Shown here: positions 35,013-47,889 of the stretch, piece by piece
Layout of the letters: each line of letters opens with the position of its first letter
Position numbering within the stretch: the first letter of the stretch is position 1
Assembly (NCBI GenBank): GCA_009103225.1
Contig: RHPI01002402.1
Span: forward strand, 186,001 to 250,000
Direction of reading: 5' to 3'
From: Chlorokybus atmophyticus
Taxonomy: Eukaryota > Plantae > Mesostigma and Chlorokybus algae
DNA: 64,000 nt
The notes under the pieces: generated by a model
Database searches by the model: none
The model's input: the letters and a program-made list of their open reading frames with translations, nothing else
Told to the model about the DNA's origin: nothing
Program-made: the position numbers and the translations under genes

Positions 35013-37863
35013 ATGGTGAACGGGCGGCAGGGAGGTGGTGCCGCCGGCGGCGGGGCGGCCGTGTCGGCGGGTGTGCACTTGTCAAAAGGACCTGATGGGC
35101 TCTACAACTTGGACCAGTTCTGGGCGGCGCACATGGCAGCCTTCAAGGAAAACTGCCCTCCGGCGACAGGTGTTGTTTGCGCACACTGACGTCGGTGTTG
35201 GTGACTCACCTATAGAACAGGCTGTTCTGTCTATGGCATTTGCAGCAGTGGCGATGTTGACTTGTGCGTGCATGGCAGAGTTATGTAATGGAGAAACATT
35301 TGTAAAGCAACCAGCTGGCAAGCTGGAGCGCCGACATGGTGTTTCGGGCAACAAACGCTCTGGAGCCAAGCGCCCTCTCAAGCAGCGTCAAGTGTTTGGG
35401 CTTCACGACGACAGGTTGCCACCCCCGCCACCGCCCTCACTACCCGCAGCGGACCCAACAACACTGAACAACAGGTCACATAGTCTATGAGCTTGTAGTT
35501 GCATGCTGCACAGTGGCTGAGCTGACTAACTGCTGGATGCAGTTAGTTTGATTGAGCTGTAGGGCTCTGCCCAGCATGATGCTTACTGCAATGATGGCTT
35601 TATGTGTACCTTCTGCATTTTGCTGGGTGTCTAACGTTTGTTGTTTTCTCTGCAGTGCTATCAGTAACACACGCCACAACTACCTGCCGGATGTGCATCT
35701 AAAAAAGGGTGAGGATGGGTTGTTTGACCTTGACGAGTACTGGAGCGCGCACACAACTGCATTCAAGACGCAAACTCTTGGTGAGTGCAATGCACATGTG
35801 CAGCTTCAACACTCTTGTGCTTACAGTGTATGGCACACAAAAGCCACACACTGACATGTCACACTTCTCTACTTCCCTCGTGCATGCCATTGCAGAGCTG
35901 TTGCCATTCATGTTGATGACATTGCTGGTTGGCTTGCAGGCAAGCAGATGCATGGCGATTCGCAATTGGACAAGCAATTGCTTGCGCTTGACATTGAAGG
36001 CATACCCAAGCGTTGGGAAGCAAGGCTGGCCAAACAGGACTTGCCAACTAAGAGGCCCGTCAAGCCCGCTCAGTACGGCAGGGATTTGTCACGTTTGCCT
36101 CCGTTCCCCAACACCAACAATGATGAGGACAGGGTGAACCAAGTCATCGGAGCACATCTAGCAGCGCTAGTCAGCCCAGCACCAGCACTACATGAATTAA
36201 GCCGTCCCAGTTCGGCAGCTACTTCTGGTCATGAGTCCAACAGCATGGACGTCAGCAGTGACAGTGATGACGATGTAGATGAAGCGCAAGGTTATGAGCC
36301 TGCAACAGACGACTGCACAGAGGGTCAAATTGTGTGGAATGGCATGCGCACGTCCTTTGGATTAGCAAGCTCCAGTGCCAGCGACGCTCTTGCTTCTCCA
36401 ATGCAAGAGGAGCTGACTGTTGAGGCAATGGCGGCAGTTGACATTACAGTCGGTGCCATTGTACCGCATGGCCTTGAAGCAGCTGATAATTTTGCAACTG
36501 ATCAGACGGCGGGGATGCCGCCATCAGTAGACGTGCATGTGCAAGCAGCTGCTGAGGTTGCTTGTGTCGCACCTGAGTTGGTCGACGGCTGCACACAGAC
36601 AAGTGCTGTGAGAGAGCTGCTTCCTCCGCCCAAGCCTTGTTCAGCACTGCCGCAGCCAGCAGCAGGAAGTGCACCAGCTGTGCTGCTAAGAGCAAAGCGG
36701 CTACTTCCAGGTGAGTCGGTCATGCAGTGTGTGCTTCTGCATTGAAGGCAAGTTACCAACGTATGTGCATGACATCTCCTTGCTTGCAGAGAATGGCAGA
36801 GCCACTGCTACTCGCAGCAGCGGACGGCAGTCAGTCCAGCCAGCAACAGCTGTGGCACCTCCACAGGAGTCTGGCAGCCCTCGTCGCCTGTCATTTGCAA
36901 TGCCGTTCAGCAGAAGCATGCCTTCACCTGAGGCTGCGCCGTCTGCTTGTAGGCCATCGACTTCTTTCTCCCAACATGAGAGCGCACCTCTCGTGAGCCC
37001 ACCTGTCGTGAGCCCACGGGACCCTGCATTAGCTCAAGAACAGGCTGTACCAAGTATGTTTGCTGAGCGCGGGAGCACACCTCCTATTGTTGAAGCAGCA
37101 GAGTTGCCTGCCGGGAAGGCCACTCCTGCACAGCCCAGCCACGAACACGAACAGTGCAACCAAGATCTGTCTGCTGTAGAGGTAAGCAGTACACAAGCAA
37201 TGCTGCTTTGTGCTCTGTGAGTCCTAGCAAGTATCATCTCACATTGACATTGCAGGAGGTTGTTGAATGCTTGGAGAGCACTGCAGCTGCAACCAAGCAA
37301 TGCGAAGCAGAGTTGAGCTCAGCAGTGGAAGCTCTATTGCTGGAAGAGGTAGGAGTCTGCACCCACAAACAGCAATTGCAACTTATGCTACCTAACTTAT
37401 GGCAAATTATGCAGGCTCCAAAGACGCCAGCAGTACAGAAGCCGAAACGCCCGCGTGCAAAACCAAATGAACGGTTGCGAAATCAACTGAAGGATAGGCA
37501 AAGTCTGGCTGGTGAGTTCAGTTTCAGTTGTACAGCATGTAAGTGTGTTGATAATGCAACCCAAGCATGACATCATATATGCTGCCATTTGGTTCGCAGC
37601 ATTGCCACGCGCTGTGCGTACGAGGAGACCGCCATTAGAGTTTTGGCGCAACGAGCGTGTCCTGTATGCGCGTGAAAACCGCAGTACGTTTTTGCAGTTG
37701 TGTACCTGCTGACGATTTGTGGTTGCGGTTTGCTGTCCGCTGTAATATAAGAGTTTGCTGCTTCACAGGTTTGCCTGTTCCAGTTGAAGCGGTCTTGCGC
37801 TCTCCCGATCCCGTGTGGCCCAGGCCCAAAAAGCGAACAATGCTGGCTCTCAAGAACAAATAA
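35013..37863 (+). CDS. CENPC: Centromere protein C, multi-exon
   Basis: C-terminal CENP-C motif LPRAVRTRRPPLEFWRNERVLYAREN (about 37600-37680), spliced to SLPVPVEAVLRSP, as in plant CENP-C. N-terminal Mif2_N-like motifs, long low-complexity middle, no cupin domain. Internal exon structure is only approximate. Confidence 0.8.
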
Positions 37864-38706
37864 TGCGTAGCTTCCTGTACAGTACATAGTAATCGAGTAT
37901 CTACATATACCAGCTTTGCCACTCATAATTCGGCTCACACGTTGGCCGTGCATGCTTCTGCAAGTTACCTCAGTGTGCTGTGGTGTCTGCAGCAAGTGCT
38001 GCATGCATATGTCTAATAAACTGCATGATGGCAACAGGTGCATTGATGGCACAGAGCCTACGCACAGTTCATACCCGTTGCTGCAGACTTTGTTTGTTTA
38101 CAATTCAGCCATCACCACTGCAGCTGACCTGGAGTTGGTGTGCTGTTCAAACCTCACAAATGTGTTGTTGGAGCCTCTGCGCCCAAACTGATGAACAGAC
38201 CATCATGTCAAGATCGTTGGCCACTCTGCATTTTAGTGCCAACAGGTTGCATAGGGTACCAATTGCAGTTAACCATGCAGTCGATGCATGTATGCAAGCT
38301 AGGCGTGGTTGCCACTCAACTCCTGCTTGTGGAGAGTGCACACATATAGTGCCTGCAGAAGTAGCTAGCCCGGCGGTCAAGTGTTTTATGTCTCAAGGTG
38401 TGCTGGTTGCTGTGCGAGTGTGGGACTGCTGTTGTTGGGCATATGCATCTCTTGCTCGCATCTTTCGTACACTGCGCATAACGCACTCCCTACAACAATC
38501 ACGCAACACCAATTACTGATTTATTAGAAAACCCAAGCCATGTACGCATGCCAACATTTGACAACCTACATCAAGTTGCAGGAATGCAATTTGTGCACAT
38601 TCTTGCAGCTGCAGATGTGTGCTGTATACTGAGTCACATACAATAATTACATCACGTTACACTAGGTAAAGGCTGAAGCTGTGGTTGTCATAGTGCTCTT
38701 GCTAGC

Positions 38707-41700
38707 CTACACAGGCAGTGACCTACGCTTGGCTCGATGTGGACGTTTTCGCCGTCTCGTCCTCCAGACACCAAAAACAAGAAGCAGCGCCGCTACGCAA
38801 GCACGTCCAGCAGTAAGTTTGCTGCTGGAACATGCATCACTGTGATAGCATGCAGCAACCATGCATTCGCTTGGTACCAGTAACGTACCAGCTAGAATCC
38901 CCACGCCACGCAGCAGCATCAGCTCTGCAGTCCTCAGATTGAGGGAGACATCCTGCTGGTAATCATGTCAGGCTTGTCATGCACTGTCAGCAATGGTAAC
39001 AACATCTGCATGAACAAACGCAAGCAACCAAGTACCTGCTCGTTGTACATCTTGGCGCGAAACATGTCTTTTGTCGTGCGGATCATTGTGGCGGCTGTGT
39101 TGCCCGTACGAGTGGAAGTCACTGGTTCGCTGTGCTCCACAGGTTTGACCGTCTGCGCCGCACCGGCAGCTTTCTCTAGTTTGACTTCATTAATCAGCAT
39201 GTTCGCCTGCGAGGCTCTATTGTGCGCTGCGTTGCTATCCACAACACTTTGGGTCTCTACCTCCTCAGGCTTCTTGACAGTAATGCTCGCAGTTACAGGC
39301 TGTTTCGGTGGGGTTCGCACAACCCTGCTGGCCGCGGCGTTTGATGGGGGTGGCAATGCTTGGGAAGTTTTGGAAGACTCAGTTGCTGTCATCACAACTG
39401 CAGCCGTATGCGCGGACTCTGTCTGGACGGTAGTATCAGCGATGCTTTCCCCATTGGGAGTAAACAGCGGTCGCAATGCTCCAGCTGAGAATGGCAGTGG
39501 ATCTTCCAGTGTTGACGTTTTTACAGGAACGGGTTGTGGACGGGTAGATGACATTGACTTCGGTATGTTATGCAACGGAGCGTTTGCGAGACACTGCCAT
39601 CAGATGCGAATCAGCGTAATGTTTAGCATTGTGATCACATGCGTATCAAGCATGAGCATCAGTGTTGAACGTGAGCTGCAAATACCTGAGGTGTTCGTCC
39701 CAGCACCTGTGAGTACTCACTGAAGTTAACATCAGTGCGCCTCAGTGGCATGGGCATGTCAGCAGAACCCAAGGGTTCATGCAGAGCATGCTTGTGTGGG
39801 GGGAACAACTCCGCGTCATGTGAGCCGTGCATGCAGAACTCCAGCAGCTTCCTCAGCAGCCAGTAACAGTTGAGCACTTGATGGCTGCTGTCCAGACAGT
39901 TTGAATCGCCATAGGCCACAACTCGGCCGCCGGCGCCTTGTGAAGGTGAATGTTGCCATAAACCCAGCACAGCGTGTTCACCAGCACTCTGCTGACCACT
40001 CTCAGGAACATGCGAGACAGATGCATCACGCTCACTCAGAGCAAAGGAGTGAAGCATGCCGCCTGCTGGAAAGCGAATGATTGGCACTCCAGCTGCATAT
40101 GTGGCCCTTCCTCTCCCCATATTGATCTGGCCGTTCAGGATGTTGTCACCGAACGCAATCCCAAAGCCTGCCAACAAGTCGTTGATGGCCGGGATGTTTG
40201 CACCACCCGTCGCAGGCGTCCACCAGCTGCGCGTGTTGTCATCAAAGAAGCGCATCTTCACCATGGTATCCACGTTGTACCAGTCAGCAAAAACCATCAC
40301 AGAAAGACCGTGAACTACGACATCAACCTGCAGCTTCACAATCTCGTCCGGATGATACTCGTCTTCCAGATCCACCAGCATAAGCACGCCATAGTCTCTT
40401 GCATCAAAGCACGTGAAGGGAGAGCCAAGAATCTCCACAAAGTACCCAGCATCCCGCAGGTCGTCATACATGCCATGATAGTTTGTATGCGGGTGATCGC
40501 CATGCCAGTCCAAAATGTCCCGTACATCCAGCGAGTCTCTTGGAATGTAACCGGGCGGATAGCGAACATTGTGGTACTGATCCCACAAGATTCGTTTGTG
40601 CCGTGGTGGCGTGGGGATGACTTGAGCCTTGATTGGCATAATGAGAGAGCATTGGCGCTCTTGCGTCTCACCATGCTGAGGCTGTGACACCACAGTGAAA
40701 GTCACACGTCCTTCAACAGTGCCAGCATATGTTGCGCCCTCAGGCTTCACCCGTATGTACAGGCCAAGGTAGCCTGACCATGGCCACAAGACATCAGGAT
40801 ATGTGAACTGCACATCCAACAGCGCAGCGTGTTCTCCAGAAAATTCCCATACAGGTGGACTCTCCAGCCACCCGGTGACGCCCATGCCATTTAGAATGGT
40901 GGCATTGAACATCAACGGCATAGCGCCCGCATACAGCGGCTGGCGACAGAACGGCCACATGTACGGGCAGTCCGTGAGGTCCAGAGAAGCAGGCAGGATG
41001 CTTGCGCGTGGTACATAGCTCTGCAAAATCGCCTCAGCAGCAACGACATTGAGGCGGCCGACACCTTGCTCGTAGATGTGTGGCTCAGCCAGCCTGGCAG
41101 CGCCCTCGACCAAGGCTTGCTTCATCGACGCCGGGTTCAATGTTTGCCATCTGCGGCTTTCTGGCACAACGCTTGCCAAGAGGCACACAGCACCAGCGAC
41201 GACAGGGCTAGCTACGCTTGTTCCCTGCATAGATACAAATGACGCGCTGTTGGTGTGAGCAGCTTGGCACAGTTAACAGGCTTGCGACACTCACCGACAA
41301 ACTGCGACAACCACCGTTGGTCTTCGAGCCCATGACATCTCTCCCATACGCAACAATGTCTGGCTTGACGCGTCCATATCCCACAGGCAGTTCCCACGTG
41401 CTCATTCCCCGGGATGAGAAGGACGCTGCAGATGCACGCAGTGCTTGCTGAGACATGACCACAGCACATGCACATGTAGCAGACTAGCGGAGTACATACC
41501 AATGTGGTCGCTGTAGTCAATGCCACCAACACCAATCACATCCATCTGTGCACACCATGCGACTATATGAGCCCAGATACTCGCATCACAACAGAAACCA
41601 GTGTGTACCCTACACCAAACCAAGTTTCCGGGAGAAAGCACCTGACTGACATATGTCATCCACAAACTTGACAGCTGTGCCCCACCTGATCCGCTGGGTT

Positions 41701-43647
41701 ATTGAGTGTGCCATAGAGCGGGCCATCATTTCCAATAGCAGAGACCATAATGATGTTATTTGCCGAGATCTCCCACACCTAGCAACGCATGCAGTCAACC
41801 CGTGTCGTAGACAACGCTGTCTGTGAATACAACAAGGTTCCACACAGTGAGAGGGGGGAGGGGTGTGTGGTGTGTGCGGAGGAGGCTCTGATGAGGCAGG
41901 GGTTTTGCTGTTTTCATCACAAGCTTGTTGTTTCCCCTCGCAAGTTAGCCGCAGCTGCTTACCTTTTCCACAAAGGGCCTGTCCAGATAGTCAGGTCCGC
42001 CAATGCTCAGGTTCAAGATATTCATCTCAGTGGCTACGGCATAGTTGAAGGCGTCAAGAAACCAAGATGTGTACGACACCTGTTGGTGAGTTTGTGTTGT
42101 AGAACCTTATCACTGCCAAGCATGGCTGTTCAAACAAACAGTACGCTTCGGTTCTAAATGATGTATTCGTCTTGCAGTACCTGTTCTGTCGTAAACACAC
42201 GAAACGCGTAGATTTCTGTGTCAACAGCAAACCCATGGCATTGGTTGTCTTGACCAGCTATAACTCCAGCAACAAACGTGCCATGGCCAAGGCCATCATT
42301 GAGTGTATTTTCATGTGTCCAGTTTGTGCGCTCCTAGCAACACAACGTCAGCTTTACAAAGTCTTGGATGGAATTGCAGGTTATGACTGAAAACCGTCCC
42401 ACCTTGATGTTCTTGAAGTGAGGATGATCAGCTCGTATTCCCGTGTCGAAAACTGCCATTCTCACGCCCTTACCCGAATAGCCCTTACTCCAGAGCTTAT
42501 CTGCCTACAGATTTGGCACAGCAGTAGAGTCACTGCTGTGGTTCTTGCTTCACCACAACACTTTTGTGATTTCCACATATTGATCTCAAGCAGAGATTGA
42601 CCAGCAACTACTCAAGCCGAAAGTGCCCTTACCTGAAACATGGACGTTATTGAAGACGCAGCTCCCATCAGCTTTCTGCGCGCGCTGTAAGTCGTAAGAT
42701 TTCCTGCTTCAAGCTGTAGAGCTCTGTGAACACTGAACGAGGAAGCCGTCTGCAACCGCCCGGGGCCCTTGACTGGTGGGTCACTGAACCCATGCGGATG
42801 CCTTGAGGTTGAGAGCGGCTGCCGGAAATGCTTCCGCTGCGAGGAGACGTCTCGAACACCGCCAACGCTCTCAATGCGTGATCGAATCTTTGTGACCGCA
42901 CTGTCTGCTATGCGAACTAGAGCAAAATCGGTTGGAAACGCCATTGCAGGATTGTTGCGCTCCACCCATTGCCACTCTGCACTAGACTGCTCACCCAGCG
43001 CCTCCTCCAAAACAACCCTTAACTCATTCACTGGCCTGTAGCCGTGGAAACGAACTATATACTCTGCACTTGGAGGCAGTGCAGCGCTTGCTGTCGATGT
43101 TGCACCTGCTACGCAAGTCAATGAGAAACATGCTGAGGACACAGAATGCATATCAACACAGCCCCAATCCTGCACTTGCTTCATATTCTCAGCTGTGTGC
43201 AGTGAACAGGTTGTGGCCGTTCATTGCGAGATTGCAAAAGTCACAAGGTTTAGGGTCGTTTTAAGTATACACAATACGACTCATCATCCATTTGAGAATG
43301 CCACAGGGCAGTGCTTACGCACCTTGTAGTTGTTGCTGCGCAGTTGCCAGCACTTCTGCCAATCCACCTTGCAGTGGCAAGCTGCAACGAAACACATCAC
43401 TTGCGGTGGAGTTACCATTTGTATATACATCCGACTCGCTACATTGCTGAAACGCAGACAACACAAGACCAAACTCCGTCAAGGCTGACGGGTGTTGCCG
43501 CTCCCGACTAAAGAAACCAGAGGCCAGCTCATCCCTGGGGGCACTTTCACAAACGCCGTCTTGGCCAGCTGCTGCATCTAACGCAAGCAACACCAGCAGC
43601 CAGCAGCTCCGCAGCAACAACCGCGCCCTCCTGCACGGGGCCTCCAT
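38707..43647 (-). CDS. SBT6.1: Site-1 protease / subtilisin SBT6.1 (MBTPS1 orthologue), multi-exon
   Basis: Signal peptide; AEYIVRF prodomain and RRKL processing site; catalytic D (VFDTG), H ([11 protein letters not shown]), S ([11 protein letters not shown]); [30 protein letters not shown]; C-terminal TM helix plus basic tail [18 protein letters not shown]. Confidence 0.95.
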
Positions 43648-44114
43648 CGCCCCGGAGCAGGCGGCCTACCACCATGCGGCTACCGCCGCCCATCCACAGC
43701 ACAACGTGATAGCCACGCCTTGACTCGACTGCACCAGCGCAGCCCAGGCTTTAAGCTCCACAGCAACAAGCTGCTACTGCTGCCCGCCTTGCAGGCTGCC
43801 AGTTGCAGCCAAACCACCCAGCTACCTATCTGCCACGCCACCAGCCCTTGCTTTGCCAAGATTGACGCTGCAGGACCAGCTCTAACAATCCTGATCCCCG
43901 CCGTCTCGACAACGACGCCAACCACCTCGACCACCACGCCAACCACCTCCTCGCCCGCGTGCTCAACGCCACCTGCCTTTACATTGTTACGGCGCACCCA
44001 AAGGGAGGTTCAGTGTCTTAACGGGGAGCACAGGTATTAAGCAACTTAACACTGCTGTTCTACCGAAAGAGTTAAGCGACTTGATGGCCAAGCAGCACGT
44101 CACAGAGTGGCAGC

Positions 44115-46537
44115 ATGGCGGCGGCGGCAGCGGGGTTGGGGTCTGGGGTGGGTGTGGTTGCAGAGAGGTGTTTCTTGTCTGGGGATGTTGTCTGGCAGAG
44201 GCGGCGGAGGTCGTCGTCGCAGCCTGCCAAAGGGAGAGCTGTGGCAATGGCCGCGCCGAGCGGCGGCGCTGGGGCGGTGGCAAGCGACGCCGCTGCGACC
44301 ACAGCCCCGTCGCGCGCTGCGGAGGACTTTGTGCGACCTCACATGCGGAGACTGGCTGCGTACACTCCCATAGAGCCGTTTGAGGTAGTTGCTGCTGCAA
44401 TGGATGCTGTTGGCGTTGCCTTCAATTGGCTGCGAATGGCTCGTAGATATCAATGCTAATGCGTGTGAACAACAAATAGCTGTCTACAAGCAAGGTGGTG
44501 CTGCAGCCCTCATCCTCTAGAACAGTTCTTCATGCTGAGGTTATTTGACACACTTGGACATGATGCATTGTGCACTGGCGCCATGCGCATTGCGCCAATA
44601 CACAATGCATCATGTACAATGCAAACACATGGTGCATACGCATTGCTCTACTGCACTAGCGTCAACGGGCCACGGATAAGGCGCAACCCACCGATAAGGC
44701 GCAGCTCGTTGCAAGGCCTGCCAGTGGCCATTGACTCGAAAATGCTGGTGAAGCTTCGAGCACACTAACAATTGAGATTCCGCGTGTAGCTATGCCAAAT
44801 GCCAGCGACTGCTGTCACGTGGCTGACAACTTGTGTTCATTAAAGTTATATCCAATCGTTGTGTGCCTGACAAGGCCTGCGATGCAGGTTCTGTCAAAGA
44901 GGCTTGGCCGAGCACCAGCGGAGATTGTCAAGCTTGACGCCAATGAGAATCCTTATGGCCCGCCCCCGGAGGTGTGGACACTACCCCTTGCTATTGCGCC
45001 TGCATGCCCTCTCCAACACTCGTTCATTGCTGCATGCAGGTTTTGGAAGCTCTTGGCAACATGCAGTTCCCGCATATTTATCCGGACCCAGAGAGCAGAC
45101 AGTTGAGAGCTGCTCTTGCAGAGGACACTGGTGTTCCTAAGGAGAATATTCTTGTTGGCTGTGGCGCAGATGAGCTTATAGACCTACTTATGAGGTAAGG
45201 TGGCCAGCCACATCTGTTGTGTATACCAAATTTGATGTACACAACAAGCACGCTTGCTCTAAATAGTGACAGTAGCCTAAGCAGTGGATGGTGGTGCCCT
45301 TGCAGGTGTGTCCTTGATCCTGGTGATGCAATCGTGGACTGTCCTCCCACCTTCACCATGTATGCATTCGATGCTGATGTGAACAATGCGCGTGTTGTCA
45401 AAGGTGTGTGTCCTGCTGTTAAGCATGCCAAGCGTGCAGTGCTAGCAGTGGTCGCCCAAACGTGTTTAGTTGTCCACACTGCGTGTACCTGTGTCTTTGT
45501 TGGTGCTCACATAAACATGCTGTCTTTCAGTGCCACGACTGCCAGACTTTCGCATTGATACGGCTGCCGTGGAAGCCGCAGTTGCTGCACACCAACCCAA
45601 GATGGTCTTCTTGACCTCTCCAAACAACCCAGACGGCAGGTTGCAGAACAGGACAGATGCATGTTACCCCACTTCAATGTGTATATATGCAATCCGCTTA
45701 CACAGGCTTGCCTTGTGCAGTGTGATGTCAGATGAAGACCTCCTGCGTGTGCTCAGATTGCCTGTGCTTGTGGTCTTGGATGAGGCCTACGTTGAGTTTG
45801 CTACCGAGCCTTCTCGGTCCCCTTGGGTCTTGAAACACGACAACTTGGTCGTGCTGCGCACATTTAGCAAGCGAGCAGGTATATACACCATCCGTCAGCA
45901 TTGTGTGTGCATACATGCATTTGTCTGAACTGTGGTTGCTGCAGGTCTTGCAGGCTTGCGGGTTGGTTACGGAATGTTTCCCTCCGGATTGATTAAGTAC
46001 CTTTGGCGAGCAAAGCAGCCCTACAATGTGTCCGTAGCGGCTGAGGTCGCTGCTTGCGCTGCATTGCAAAACAAAGCCTACTTGGAGGTGAGTATGTACA
46101 AACATCATGATGTACTCCATGATGTGTCACCGTGTCCGGTACGTATTTTGTAACTTTATGCATGCTGCAGAGTGTGAAGAACAAGCTCCTGTCCGAGCGC
46201 GACAGGTTGATGGGCTTACTCAAGGACATTCCATTCTTGACGCCTTTCCCCTCAGCTGCCAACTTCGTCCTTTGCCGCACAGAGGGCAGAGATGCTGGTG
46301 AACTCAAGGTACAGTAGCAGGTTGTGCGGGCGGTGGTACATAGTTTCGTTTTTTCCGGTTGCATCTCTGTGCATGTCATGTTCATTACGATGGGGATTGG
46401 TGCAGGCTGCCCTAATGAAGGAAGGGGTAATGGTGCGTCACTACAATAAGCCTGAGTTGTCAGGGTATATCAGAATATCTGTTGGTAGGCCTGATCAAAC
46501 AGATGCGCTGATGGCTGCAATTGCAAAGGTCTCCTAG
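44115..46537 (+). CDS. hisC: Histidinol-phosphate aminotransferase, plastid-targeted, multi-exon
   Basis: Transit peptide; [19 protein letters not shown]; [12 protein letters not shown]; HIYPDP; GCGADELID; SPNNPDG; [10 protein letters not shown]; PLP-lysine motif [17 protein letters not shown]; [11 protein letters not shown]. Confidence 0.96.
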
Positions 46538-46758
46538 CCATTTCCTTCAATGATAGCAATTCTATGCCTTGAGATGAGGATCATTGCATGTATTGTGCAT
46601 GTTACTGCCCTAATGGAAGAAGTAATGCCCACGCTTGCAGTCCTCATCTGCTCAAGAAGCTTCTATTGAGCACCTCTATGTAGATTGTGATGAGGTTCGC
46701 GCCCTACTGAAATGTTCGGGTGTTAGCAATGTCATAAGTGCAATATGTCTTTATCTGA

Positions 46759-47070
46759 TACAGGCAAGCAAAGCCCTCAGTTAGCAGCTGTTGGTTGGGT
46801 GAGTCTCGTATAATTGGCAATGACTTTCTTTCAAACATATGTGAAAAGAACTTTTTGCATGAAAGTGGTACGTCTTTTTGCAACTTGTAAGGGACAACGT
46901 GGTAATTGCCATTAATACAGGCAAGCAAAGCCCTCGGTTAGCAGCTGTTGGTTGTGAGTATCGTGTAATTGACAATGACTTTCAATTAAATATATTTGAA
47001 AAGCAATTTTTACATGAAATGGGTACAGGTTTTACAACTAGCAAGAGACGATGTGGTAATTGCCATGCAT
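46759..47070 (+). repeat. Two diverged tandem copies of a 157-bp AT-rich unit
   Basis: TACAGGCAAGCAAAGCCCTC(A/G)GTTAGCAGCTGTTGGTTG starts at 46759 and 46916; both units end with GTGGTAATTGCCAT. Confidence 0.9.
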
Positions 47071-47889
47071 GGCAATCCAATGCAATCAATAAACATGTCG
47101 ATTGCACTATGCTAGGCATGATCTGAATCAATCTGGTGTTATCATAACTTGTTTACGCTTAAAGCATAATAAATGTGTAATAAAGGATTCAATCGAATGA
47201 CATTTTATATGTCGATATAAAGTTATACAATCAGAACACCCGTAAAAGTCAGATTCTTGTACACACGGACATTGTTGTACTTATAATATAAGCCAGCATA
47301 GTCTAGACTGGAATATTCGGTTGATTATGATGACGTATAAGTCTTTACATCAAATATATTAAACGAAATCATTGTTCACAATGCCCTACCATTAAAAGTA
47401 TACCCTCCTCCATTTTGTCAAGGGTAGGTTCATCAAGGAGTACCCAATGAGCACTTCTCATCGAATTCAAAACAAACGTTGTGTATAAATTCATTTACGT
47501 AAGAATAAATTGAAATTACAGTGCGTTTCCTCTTATAGCGTAATAACTGTTGCAGAATTTCATGAATTATTGTAGGCCTAGTTGCAGCGCCATGATTATA
47601 GCGAGGAGACTCCTGAGCTGGCATGGCGGGCGACTCCCGACCGCATGTAAGCTGTGCGGTTTTGTGCAGTCAGGGCACAAGCGCAAAAGCCTTGTGCGCT
47701 TCTAGAGATATCAGCTGCACATGTGATGGCAAAGATGCCTTCCTGACTCTGTGCAGGGGCTTGTGGTGGTGGCGGCGGTTGCCGAAGTGGGGGCGGCGCC
47801 GGCAAGGTTTCCAGCTGTCCCTTGCAATCTTTTTGCTTGTCTTCCAAGCTCCAATTCTCGCCTGTCTTTGAGTTCAAGCAGCAGCAAGG

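Noticed and set aside
38965-39723. 252-aa plus-strand ORF, and similar antisense ORFs over ArfGAP, SBT6.1 and asd
   Set aside because: They are shadow frames of well-supported genes on the opposite strand.
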